Of a stretch of DNA of 64,000 nt, positions 34,714-42,617 are shown one piece after another (positions within the stretch are counted from its first letter, which is position 1; each line of letters begins with the position of its first letter). Under the pieces are notes generated by a model. That model saw nothing but the letters and a program-made list of their open reading frames with translations, did no database searches and was not told the DNA's origin. The stretch is taken from assembly GCA_041686095.1 (NCBI GenBank), contig JAWLEN010000002.1:8143-72142 (forward strand), given 5' to 3'. Position numbers and translations under genes: made by a program. The DNA is from Candidatus Aminicenantes bacterium. Its GTDB lineage: Bacteria; Acidobacteriota; Aminicenantia; Aminicenantales; Aminicenantaceae.

Positions 34714-34784
34714 CCCGTGAAGGAATTGAACCTTCAACCTGCTGATTAAGAGTCAGCTGCTCTGCCTAATTGAGCTAACGGGTC
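34711..34784 (-). tRNA. tRNA-Lys (anticodon CTT), no encoded CCA
   Basis: Hand-folded: GACCCGT/ACGGGTC acceptor, GCTC/GAGC D stem, GCTGA-CTCTTAA-TCAGC anticodon arm, GAAGG-TTCAATT-CCTTC T arm. 74 nt. Its last 3 nt are the complement of the TGA stop of the J-like gene. Confidence 0.9.
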
Positions 34785-34798
34785 ACCAAGGCTTAAAT

Positions 34799-34827
34799 AG
34801 TTTAATTAAGTCCCTATTTATTGTCAA
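34799..34827 (-). promoter_or_regulatory. sigma70-like promoter candidate for tRNA-Lys
   Basis: Minus strand TTGACA (34827-34822), 17 nt, TAAACT (34804-34799). The tRNA 5' end lies 14 nt downstream. Confidence 0.45.
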
Positions 34828-34982
34828 ATTTTTGATGAGGACTGCCCTATTTAAGTTCCATCATGCCATGAAGACCTAAGATTTAGTTGGGGGTAATTCA
34901 GGTTAGATTAAATTATATGTTGAATTTAAGACTTATTTTTGTTATTTTACTTGCTGATATATCGAACAGGAGATTTTAATAA

Positions 34983-35204
34983 TTGGATTCTTACAAAGAT
35001 TTAGATAGTAAGTATAAGTTTATCTTGCTCGTTTCAAAAAGGGCGAGGCAGCTTTTAAAAGGCGCTAAACCAAAAATAAAATCCAAATCTAAGAGCCTCA
35101 TTCGTATTGCCCAAGAAGAGATTCAAAGGGGAGCGGTTGATTTTAGGGTTTTGGATGAAGTTGAAAGAGGAGAGAAGAAGGAACAAAAGTCAGAGGATCA
35201 ATAA
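34983..35204 (+). CDS. rpoZ: DNA-directed RNA polymerase subunit omega
   Basis: SKYKFILLVSKRARQLLKG and IAQEEIQRGAV match the RpoZ pattern (NRFxLVxxAAKRARQ ... ALxEIxxG). TTG start. Confidence 0.75.
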   Translation: MDSYKDLDSKYKFILLVSKRARQLLKGAKPKIKSKSKSLIRIAQEEIQRGAVDFRVLDEVERGEKKEQKSEDQ

Positions 35205-35214
35205 AACAAATCGT

Positions 35215-35736
35215 CTAATTTTTTTTTCGGGTATCTATTTCTTTGATGAGAGTTATGTAATCAGTCTTTATAAAGTCTTTTTTTGAGAATCCCATTTTTT
35301 TTATGAACTTCACAATATCTTCTCTTTCTCCTTCAAGCTCTATAAATGTTCCTGCTTTCGTTTCATCTAAAAATATTTTCAGATTTTTTGCTCGAAACTC
35401 AGTTCTGTATTTCTGATAGGTAAAAATTTGCTTGAGACCGAGTGAAGACAATATTTTTTTCAGCTGCTTTTTGTTCTTCACCTCAGTTTCATATTCATTT
35501 CTTATTTTGAATTTCCTGGATTTTTGTAATTCCCCTTTATAAGTCAGGATGCTTTTTTTGCCTAATGACCGGAGTCTTAAAGCTTGATTTCTTTTTGTGA
35601 GTTTTTTCTCAGAAAAGTCATAAAGGATATTTTCTTCAAAATATCTTGGTTTGTATAGATCGGCACCTGAAGAAAGAAGCTTTTCCTGTGTTTTTTTTAA
35701 ATCATGCATTCTGATTTTAACTTCTATTTCCAGCAT
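35215..35736 (-). CDS. CYTH-domain protein (class IV adenylate cyclase / triphosphatase family)
   Basis: N-terminal MLEIEVKIRM contains the ExExK CYTH signature. 173 aa, the typical CyaB-like size. Confidence 0.7.
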   Translation of the reverse strand: MLEIEVKIRMHDLKKTQEKLLSSGADLYKPRYFEENILYDFSEKKLTKRNQALRLRSLGKKSILTYKGELQKSRKFKIRNEYETEVKNKKQLKKILSSLGLKQIFTYQKYRTEFRAKNLKIFLDETKAGTFIELEGEREDIVKFIKKMGFSKKDFIKTDYITLIKEIDTRKKN

Positions 35737-35747
35737 TATTAATCTTA

Positions 35748-35854
35748 ATTAACCTGACCTATTCATAAAAAAATGGCGATGTTTTTATTATCAATTTATT
35801 TTCAGCGATATACAATGTTTTTTCAAAAATGACGATTGGAACTATTTTCCTGTT
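35748..35854 (-). repeat. AT-rich repeat, right copy of the inverted pair (107 bp)
   Basis: Its reverse complement is identical to 31138-31245 except A6 vs A7 and CA vs CC in ...TTTTTGAAAAAA(A)C(A/C)TTGTAT... Confidence 0.9.
35787..35815 (-). promoter_or_regulatory. promoter-like sequence inside the repeat, facing the CYTH gene
   Basis: Minus strand TTGTAT (35815-35810), 17 nt, GATAAT (35792-35787), about 50 nt upstream of ATG 35736. Confidence 0.35.
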
Positions 35855-35994
35855 TAGGTACTTTATTTTAATCGCCATTTTTTTACCATTGAGGCGAGCC
35901 GATCTCACTGCATCTGCTTCGTTACAGGGTATTTGTAGTGAAGGACCACGACTTCATACCCTGTGCCTTGCATCTGCAGCAACCTCGACTCGTG

Positions 35995-36078
35995 AATAAT
36001 CCAGGTTATTCATCAAATATATATACATTTTTTCCACATTCAACATTCATAAAAAACGTCATATTAACCTGGATTATT
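35995..36078. repeat. 84-bp element bounded by perfect 13-bp inverted repeats AATAATCCAGGTT / AACCTGGATTATT
   Basis: Left arm 35995-36007, right arm 36066-36078. The right arm overlaps the last codons and stop of the polyprenyl synthase gene. The left arm is part of the palindrome TGAATAATCCAGGTTATTCA. Confidence 0.65.
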
Positions 36079-37168
36079 TGTTCCGGTGGAGAATATAGTC
36101 TGAGATTCGGATTAAGCTTTCTCGATAATCGGATTCGGGAAAATCATTTAATATGTTGCGTGCCAAAGTTGAAAATTCACTTGCCTTTTGGAAAGTATAG
36201 TCCAGCGCGCCATTGGATTTGACAATATCTATAATATTTTTAAGAGAGTATTTACTGAAATTTTTCTGATTAAAGAGTTTGGAAATGCGGTCCCGGTTTT
36301 CATGACCGTCATTGTTAAAAGTATAAATGAGAGGAAGGGTTATGCGGCCTTCTTTTAGGTCAGAAAGGATAGGTTTTCCTAATGAATCAGGATTTCCAGA
36401 ATAGTCTAATAAGTCATCAATTAACTGAAAGCTCATTCCAAAATAGGTTCCAAATTTTCTCAATAGTGTTATATGTTTTTCCTTTGCGTGGGCTATCCTT
36501 CCTCCGATTTGAGAACAAGCTGAAAAGAGGGAAGCTGTTTTTTTATCCAGAATGTCTAAATAGTCTTCTTCGGTGATGGAGAGATCTCCGCTTAGATAAT
36601 ATTCATTCATTTCACCCTCTATCATTTTTGTGGAAGCCTGCAATAGGGTTTTTGTTATTTCTAGGCTCTCTGTATTTAAAGAAGTCCCTATGGTGTTTAT
36701 ATATAAATAGTCCCCGAGGAGAACTGTGATGTTGGGACCCCACCGGGTGTGAACAGTTTCTTTTCCCCTTCTTTTATCAGAGCCATCGATGATGTCATCA
36801 TGAATAAGGCTGGCGGTATGAATCATTTCTACAAGAGTTCCCATAAGGATATGATCGGTTCCCGTGTAGTTGCAGAGTTTAGCGCAAAGAGTTAAGATGG
36901 CAGGACGAATTTTTTTCCCAGATTTTTTGAAAAGATACTTGCTGATTTCTTTGACCAGAGGATTGGGAGAGTCAGTAAATCCTTTTATTTTGTTTTCTAT
37001 TTCGTTGAGATCATTTTTTATGGCTGAATAAAGATTTTCTAAAGAGGGGTCCTTTTTGATTTGTTTTTTGATGTATTTTTGGTCTAACTTTAACATATCA
37101 TATTCCAGAAGGATATGATTCCTTTTATGTGCGGATTGTATATTAACATCAAAAAATTTATATTTCAA
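36074..37168 (-). CDS. polyprenyl diphosphate synthase (long-chain, trans)
   Basis: First Asp-rich motif LIHDDIIDGSDKRRG, second FQLIDDLLDY. The start may be an internal Met (MLKLDQ...), because the track start overlaps tatD by 11 nt. Confidence 0.85.
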   Translation of the reverse strand: MKYKFFDVNIQSAHKRNHILLEYDMLKLDQKYIKKQIKKDPSLENLYSAIKNDLNEIENKIKGFTDSPNPLVKEISKYLFKKSGKKIRPAILTLCAKLCNYTGTDHILMGTLVEMIHTASLIHDDIIDGSDKRRGKETVHTRWGPNITVLLGDYLYINTIGTSLNTESLEITKTLLQASTKMIEGEMNEYYLSGDLSITEEDYLDILDKKTASLFSACSQIGGRIAHAKEKHITLLRKFGTYFGMSFQLIDDLLDYSGNPDSLGKPILSDLKEGRITLPLIYTFNNDGHENRDRISKLFNQKNFSKYSLKNIIDIVKSNGALDYTFQKASEFSTLARNILNDFPESDYRESLIRISDYILHRNK

Positions 37169-37967
37169 ATTTTAAAAAACAACTAAAATTTTCACACATT
37201 CTTTCCGCGAATGTTTCATAAGGAATTTTTTTGAGTTCTGCAAGAATTTTTGCAGTCTCAATAACAAAACAAGGTTCATTTCTTTTAAATTTCTTCCTGT
37301 AAGGGACAGGAGTTAAAAAAGGAGCGTCTGTCTCTACCAGGAGTTTGTTGATCGGGATTTCTTTAGCGATTTCTCTTAAGTCATGAGCTTTGGGGTAAGT
37401 TATGATTCCGGAAAAGGAGATATAAAATCCTTGGGTGATCATTTTTTTTGCAAATTCAAGGTTTTCAGTAAAACAATGCATTATTCCGCCGTGAGTGAAA
37501 TTTTGTTTTTTTAATATATCAAGAACATCAGACGCAGCTGAACGGCTGTGAATGATAACCGGAAGTCCAAGCTCCCGGGCCAAAGAGAGCTGTTTTTTGA
37601 ACACTTGTTTTTGTTTAGAGGGAGGAGAGTAATTATAATAAAAGTCAAGACCTATCTCTCCCACGGCAATGATTTGACCTTTTTCAGCCATATCTTTTAT
37701 TTTGTTTTCAAGGTTTTGATGAAAGAGTTTAGCATTATGGGGGTGAATCCCTGCCGCAGCTAATATATGGTTGTATTTTTTTAATAAACTGCGAGTGTTT
37801 TTTACATTTTTTTCATCTGATATCTCAGTGGGGCATAAGATTGACTTTATACCAGCGTCAGAAGCCCGTTTCACAACCTCATCTCTATCTTTATCAAAAT
37901 CCTCTGCGTTTAAGTGAGCATGGGAGTCGATTATATGAATCATGTTTTTATATCTTATGGATAGCAC
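37158..37967 (-). CDS. tatD: TatD-family metal-dependent hydrolase
   Basis: IDSHAHL near the N-terminus, GEIGLDFYY, IHSR, ETDAPFL. The start is probably ATG 37943 (MIHIIDSHAHL). Confidence 0.85.
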   Translation of the reverse strand: MLSIRYKNMIHIIDSHAHLNAEDFDKDRDEVVKRASDAGIKSILCPTEISDEKNVKNTRSLLKKYNHILAAAGIHPHNAKLFHQNLENKIKDMAEKGQIIAVGEIGLDFYYNYSPPSKQKQVFKKQLSLARELGLPVIIHSRSAASDVLDILKKQNFTHGGIMHCFTENLEFAKKMITQGFYISFSGIITYPKAHDLREIAKEIPINKLLVETDAPFLTPVPYRKKFKRNEPCFVIETAKILAELKKIPYETFAERMCENFSCFLKFEI

Positions 37968-38068
37968 TCATTGATTTTTTTAGCAAACCAGGAGTAATGA
38001 AAATATCAGTCAAAGGCCTCTTTTAAAAAAGCAGGCCTTTTTTTATTTTATTAGGGTGTTTTTTCTTT

Positions 38069-39835
38069 TTATTTAAATTTTTCTCTTAACAGTCTCAGTG
38101 GAATGGGGCCATAGCTGAGAATTTCCTGTAAAAATTCCTTTCTGCTGTAAGTATCCCCTTTGATTTTTTTGTAATTTTCTTCCATATCCAGTATGGCCTG
38201 ATATCCAACATAAGGGTAGGCAGCTTCTAAAGGCATCAAAACAATTCTCTCCCAATTTATCTCTGCCTCCATTTTGGATTGAAATCCCATTCTAGTCATG
38301 TAATTCACTGCTTGTTCTTTGGTCATGCCGCCTTGGTGGATTTGCAGGTCGAGCATGAAATCGATGGCAGCTTTCAGCTTCATCTTTAACTGATGGAGAC
38401 GAACTCTGAGGTCATAATTATTTATTCCGGACAAAGCCATCATTTCTTCAACAAAAAGAGGCCATCCACTAATAAGCGCTCTGTTTGGGTATAATTTTTG
38501 GGGTAAGGATGCATTTTCAAGAGATAAATATGCTGGAACAAAGGTTCCCGGATATATATTTCGGGCTGTATAGAAGGGAAGAATAAAGTCATTGTATTCT
38601 TCCAAAACAGCTTGTATTTCTTCTTCACTAGATTCCTCATCAAAAGGCGCAATCTGAAGGGTGTATTGGTTTGAGCTGTCATATAAAGCAGGCCTGACCA
38701 ACCTAAACCGATTTCCTGTTTGGTAGATTTTAGGCATCTCTTCAATATTCAATTCTGCTTCCGGCAGGTTGTCCAGGAGTTCTTTTTCTTGTATGAATGT
38801 TTTAACTTCTTGTTGAGAAGTTTTTAAGGCTTCCATGAAATTATCTTTTGTGGGGTGAAAGATTTTTAGTTTATCCAGAACATGAGAAATTATGACATTT
38901 CGAACCTGTTCTTCTGTTAGATTAGATGGAGGTTTTTCCACGTTGAATTTTGGATCCATGATTTTGTAAAACGACAGACAGATCAACGCCATTTCTCTTT
39001 GTATGTTGATTATATCGACTTTAGCTTTTTCTCCTATCTGTTGAAGAGGAGAGAGATTCTGGAAACTCATTCTTGCCATTTTGACATGGGCTTGGAGCAG
39101 GCGGAAATTACCAGTGGATTTAGGAAGAAGTTCATCCTTTAAATAGGATTGATATTCCTGTAAAGCAGGGATAACATCAGCCAGTTTTTTCTGAAGATCA
39201 GATTTTTGAGAATCAGGAGCTTCCTGAATAAGCTGCGGCATTTCGTTTTGATAAAAATTCATAATGGCAGGAAATTGGTCAATGGCTGTTTCTGTGGAGA
39301 GTTGAGAAGGAGTTTTCAAGTCCTTCATGGCGTTTTTGAGAAATTTAGGGAGATCGTTGAGTCTTTTAACTGCATTTTTGGCTCTGTCCTCTGGATTGCC
39401 AAAATCCCCTGTCATCAAGGATCTGACACAGTTAAATATAATTTTGTTATAAAATAACGGGTCATACTCCCAGGGAAGGAGACTCTCATGTTGTTGCAGT
39501 TCTAAAGAAAGGCCGTCTACGATCATGGCATGATCTATTTTTACTTCAGGACTTAATTTATCTTTATCAATTTCAACCACAAAATCCTTATTAAATTCAT
39601 CCAGTTTCTCATACTGTTTTGTTACATTCCGGCTGGAAAAATCTTCAAGTTTATCATCGTAATCATGAAAGCCAGCAAGTGTTGCCTGGGTAGGATAAAA
39701 CTTCCATAGAGTATCAAGATAATCTTCTAAAGTTTTTCTAAAGTTTTCATCTTCTTTGGTGTCTTGAGCTATAATGACTCCAGCGCTGGCTAATGAAAAG
39801 GCAAGGATAAATAGAACTGTAAAAATCTTTTTCAT
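38069..39835 (-). CDS. DUF885-family secreted protein
   Basis: Signal peptide, then LDTLWKFYPTQATLAGFHDYDDKLEDFS, which matches my recollection of the DUF885 N-terminal pattern. About 590 aa, typical for the family. Recollection only. Confidence 0.55.
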   Translation of the reverse strand: MKKIFTVLFILAFSLASAGVIIAQDTKEDENFRKTLEDYLDTLWKFYPTQATLAGFHDYDDKLEDFSSRNVTKQYEKLDEFNKDFVVEIDKDKLSPEVKIDHAMIVDGLSLELQQHESLLPWEYDPLFYNKIIFNCVRSLMTGDFGNPEDRAKNAVKRLNDLPKFLKNAMKDLKTPSQLSTETAIDQFPAIMNFYQNEMPQLIQEAPDSQKSDLQKKLADVIPALQEYQSYLKDELLPKSTGNFRLLQAHVKMARMSFQNLSPLQQIGEKAKVDIINIQREMALICLSFYKIMDPKFNVEKPPSNLTEEQVRNVIISHVLDKLKIFHPTKDNFMEALKTSQQEVKTFIQEKELLDNLPEAELNIEEMPKIYQTGNRFRLVRPALYDSSNQYTLQIAPFDEESSEEEIQAVLEEYNDFILPFYTARNIYPGTFVPAYLSLENASLPQKLYPNRALISGWPLFVEEMMALSGINNYDLRVRLHQLKMKLKAAIDFMLDLQIHQGGMTKEQAVNYMTRMGFQSKMEAEINWERIVLMPLEAAYPYVGYQAILDMEENYKKIKGDTYSRKEFLQEILSYGPIPLRLLREKFK

Positions 39836-39943
39836 TTGTTCCTCCTCTATTTATTTGGGCTTTTTTCCATATTATTAATTGAATCCTAATCCTATCATAA
39901 AAATATGACTAAATAAAGATTAATGATTCAGTCATCAGAGCAG

Positions 39944-40945
39944 CTACCATCTCATTAAAGCTGAGGCCCAGGTATAACCTGAACCAAAAGCAGTCAGGGC
40001 AATAATATCTCCTTTTTTTATCCGGCCGTTCTTGACGGATTCATCCAATGCTATGGGTATGGAGGCAGCAGTGGTGTTTCCAAATCGATCAATATTCCTT
40101 ATCACTTTATGAACCGGGATTTTCAGTTTTTTAGCTACCATAAGGCTAATTCTATCATTTGCCTGATGAGGTATCAGATGATCCACATCATCGATAGTCA
40201 TGTGATTGTAATCCAGAGCAGCCCAAACCGCTTTAGGCATATTTTCAACAGCATTGACAAACACATGCTTTCCTTCCATTTTAGGATAGCATCTTTTTTT
40301 ATCTATCATATCATATGAAAAAGTGGGCTTGTCTTTGGGGCTTGGAGTTTCCATCCATAATTTTGAAAAATATTCTCCATTTGAAAACAAATGAGTGGAG
40401 AGGATCCCACTTTCTTTTTCTTTTTCCACTCCCTCAATGACAACAGCGGCTCCTCCATCTCCAAACAGAACAGCTAGATGCCTTCCCTCATCAGAATAGT
40501 CCAGATTCGTGGACTGCACTTCAGCGGCCACTAAAAGTATTTTTCTATACATTCCGGATTTTATGTATTGATCTGCCACAGATAGAGCATATAAGAATCC
40601 GCTGCATTGATTTCTAACATCTAAAGCTCCGATATTTTTAAGCCCTAATTTAGATTGGACCAATACTCCAATACCTGGAAAATAATGGTCAGGAGATAGC
40701 GTGGCAGCAATGATGAAATCGATTTCATTCTTTTTGATTCCAGAGTCTTGGATAGCTTTTTTCGCGGCTTCATAAGCTAGATCTGAAGAACCCACACCAG
40801 GTTGGACATAATGTCTTTCTCTAATCCCGGTCCTTTTGCGAATCCATTCATCAGAAGTATTCATTTCCTTTTCAAGGTCGAAGTTTGTCACTGTAAGCGG
40901 AGGAATGAAATGTCCTGTTCCCGTGATTTTGGATATCAAGCTCAT
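39944..40945 (-). CDS. fabH: beta-ketoacyl-ACP synthase III
   Basis: ITGTGHFIPP, active-site NQCSGFLYAL (Cys), IPHQAN (His), GNTTAASIP (Asn). ATG 40945 (MSLISKITGTG) preferred over the track start 41002, which adds a low-complexity extension. Confidence 0.85.
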   Translation of the reverse strand: MSLISKITGTGHFIPPLTVTNFDLEKEMNTSDEWIRKRTGIRERHYVQPGVGSSDLAYEAAKKAIQDSGIKKNEIDFIIAATLSPDHYFPGIGVLVQSKLGLKNIGALDVRNQCSGFLYALSVADQYIKSGMYRKILLVAAEVQSTNLDYSDEGRHLAVLFGDGGAAVVIEGVEKEKESGILSTHLFSNGEYFSKLWMETPSPKDKPTFSYDMIDKKRCYPKMEGKHVFVNAVENMPKAVWAALDYNHMTIDDVDHLIPHQANDRISLMVAKKLKIPVHKVIRNIDRFGNTTAASIPIALDESVKNGRIKKGDIIALTAFGSGYTWASALMRW

Positions 40946-41078
40946 TTTATTTTTGTGGATTATAATAAATAAAAATAAAAAAATAAAGATAAAATTTTTC
41001 AAAAATGCAAATTTTTTGATTAACTTGATTTGAATTAAATTTGGTTGTTAATTATTATAAGTATAAGGGATTTAAAGA

Positions 41079-41549
41079 ATGAGAAAATTGACAGTGAGCA
41101 TTTTCTTAGTTTGTTTAGCCTTTACATTTCTATCTGCTGAAAAATATGATCTATTGAGCATCGAAGTGAACATAAAACCCAAAAGGCTTTCCAGGGAACA
41201 AGAAGGTAATATTGAATTAAAATTCACAGTAAAACAAGGAATAGCTATAAGCTCTCAGCCTTCCTTTATCATTGAAATCGAACCTTCGGAGACATTGGCT
41301 TTTTCCAAAGATTTTTTCACGGCTTCAGATCTTGATATAAAAGTCATTGAGAAGGATGAAAAAAAATATCTGGACTTTTCCGATCCGGTTAGGGTGCCTT
41401 TTACGGTCAAACCAGAAGCAGAAAGAGGCAACCACATCATTAAGGGAACGGTAAAGTATTTTGCCTGTTCTTTGGAGGAAGGTTGGTGTCTTAAGGATAA
41501 AAAAGAGTTTTCTGCAACATTTTACACATCCAAAAGAAATCCTGATTGA
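41079..41549 (+). CDS. secreted protein, possibly DsbD N-terminal-domain-like
   Basis: Signal peptide. C-terminal IKGTVKYFACSLEEGWCLKDKKEFSATF resembles the ...YQxCxxxxCxxP...F end of DsbD-alpha-type domains. Weak. Confidence 0.35.
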   Translation: MRKLTVSIFLVCLAFTFLSAEKYDLLSIEVNIKPKRLSREQEGNIELKFTVKQGIAISSQPSFIIEIEPSETLAFSKDFFTASDLDIKVIEKDEKKYLDFSDPVRVPFTVKPEAERGNHIIKGTVKYFACSLEEGWCLKDKKEFSATFYTSKRNPD

Positions 41550-41551
41550 TT

Positions 41552-42526
41552 TTAGAGCCAGTTTTTTTCTTTATACCAATGGACAGTTTCTTTGACCGCC
41601 TCCTCTAAAGTGTATTCAGTTTTAAATCCCAGTTCTTTTTTGGCTTTAGAGGTATCAGTTATCCATCCTTCCTGGTTCATCTCTATGAGTTTATCTTGAT
41701 TTAAGATAGTTGGATTTTTACTGATCCTTGCACCCAGCTCAGAGAGGCCTGTTATCAAACGCAGAAATAGATAGGGAGGATTTATTTTCAAAGGTTTTTT
41801 CCCTAACGTTTTGGCGATAGTCATTCCAAACTCATCCCAACTGTATGGTTTTGAATCAGCGATATGAAATATTTCTCCACTTTTCACCTCTTTTTGCATG
41901 CAGAGATATAGAGCCCGAACTAAGTCTTTAACATAGCAAAGACTCATCAAACCTGCTTTGGAATCTAAAGAGGGAAGCAGGCCTTTATTTATTATCTTAA
42001 AGTAGGGAAGAAAATCCCTGTCTCTGGGCCCAAAAACAGGTCCTACTCTAACAATGACTACAGGAAATTTGTCCTTATAATGAAGAGCTTCGATTTCTCC
42101 CAGTCGTTTGCTTTTTCCGTAAGGAGTCACACAAAAAGGCTCACTGTTTTCTGTCACTATTTGACCGATGCTGCAGGGTCCGGCTGCAGCCAGGCTGCTT
42201 AAGCAAACCACTTTTTTAGGATTTGCATTTCCAGAATCCAGCTTATGGAAAAGGCTTGCTGTTCCTTTCTGGTTTACGGTATAATAATTTTCAGATTTGA
42301 GTGCTTTACTGAGACCTGCAATATGAATCAAGTAATCTAGGTCTGAAGGGAGAGGAGGAAGAGAAAACAGATTTCCTTCAACAAAAGTTATGTTGCGTCC
42401 TTTGAGCCATTTCGATTTATTGAGGTTACGGGTGAGAGCATAGATGTGGATATTTTTGAATTTTAAGAGGAAATCAACAAAGTGACTCCCGATAAAACCA
42501 GTCCCTCCCGTAATGAAAACTTTCAT
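41552..42526 (-). CDS. NAD-dependent epimerase/dehydratase-family (extended SDR) protein
   Basis: MKVFITGGTGFIGSH Rossmann motif and YGKSKRLGE (YxxxK). Confidence 0.8.
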   Translation of the reverse strand: MKVFITGGTGFIGSHFVDFLLKFKNIHIYALTRNLNKSKWLKGRNITFVEGNLFSLPPLPSDLDYLIHIAGLSKALKSENYYTVNQKGTASLFHKLDSGNANPKKVVCLSSLAAAGPCSIGQIVTENSEPFCVTPYGKSKRLGEIEALHYKDKFPVVIVRVGPVFGPRDRDFLPYFKIINKGLLPSLDSKAGLMSLCYVKDLVRALYLCMQKEVKSGEIFHIADSKPYSWDEFGMTIAKTLGKKPLKINPPYLFLRLITGLSELGARISKNPTILNQDKLIEMNQEGWITDTSKAKKELGFKTEYTLEEAVKETVHWYKEKNWL

Positions 42527-42617
42527 GATAGAAATTGTAAGGAAATATATTTATAAGGTCAAATTATCTAAAAAGTGATTTCACTCAGGTTTAATCATTA
42601 ATTAAGAGGAGGCAGGA

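Noticed and set aside
31138-35854. Inverted 108-bp repeats as ends of a composite transposon or genomic island
   Set aside because: No transposase, integrase or recombinase lies inside or nearby. The interior carries core genes (rpoZ, tRNA-Lys). The repeat belongs to a family dispersed in other intergenic regions. Inversion or shared regulation remains possible (see findings).
35938-36222. 94-aa plus-strand ORF spanning the repeat-rich gap and the 3' end of the polyprenyl synthase gene
   Set aside because: It is assembled from intergenic repeat sequence plus the antisense of a conserved gene. It has a GTG/alternative start and no RBS.
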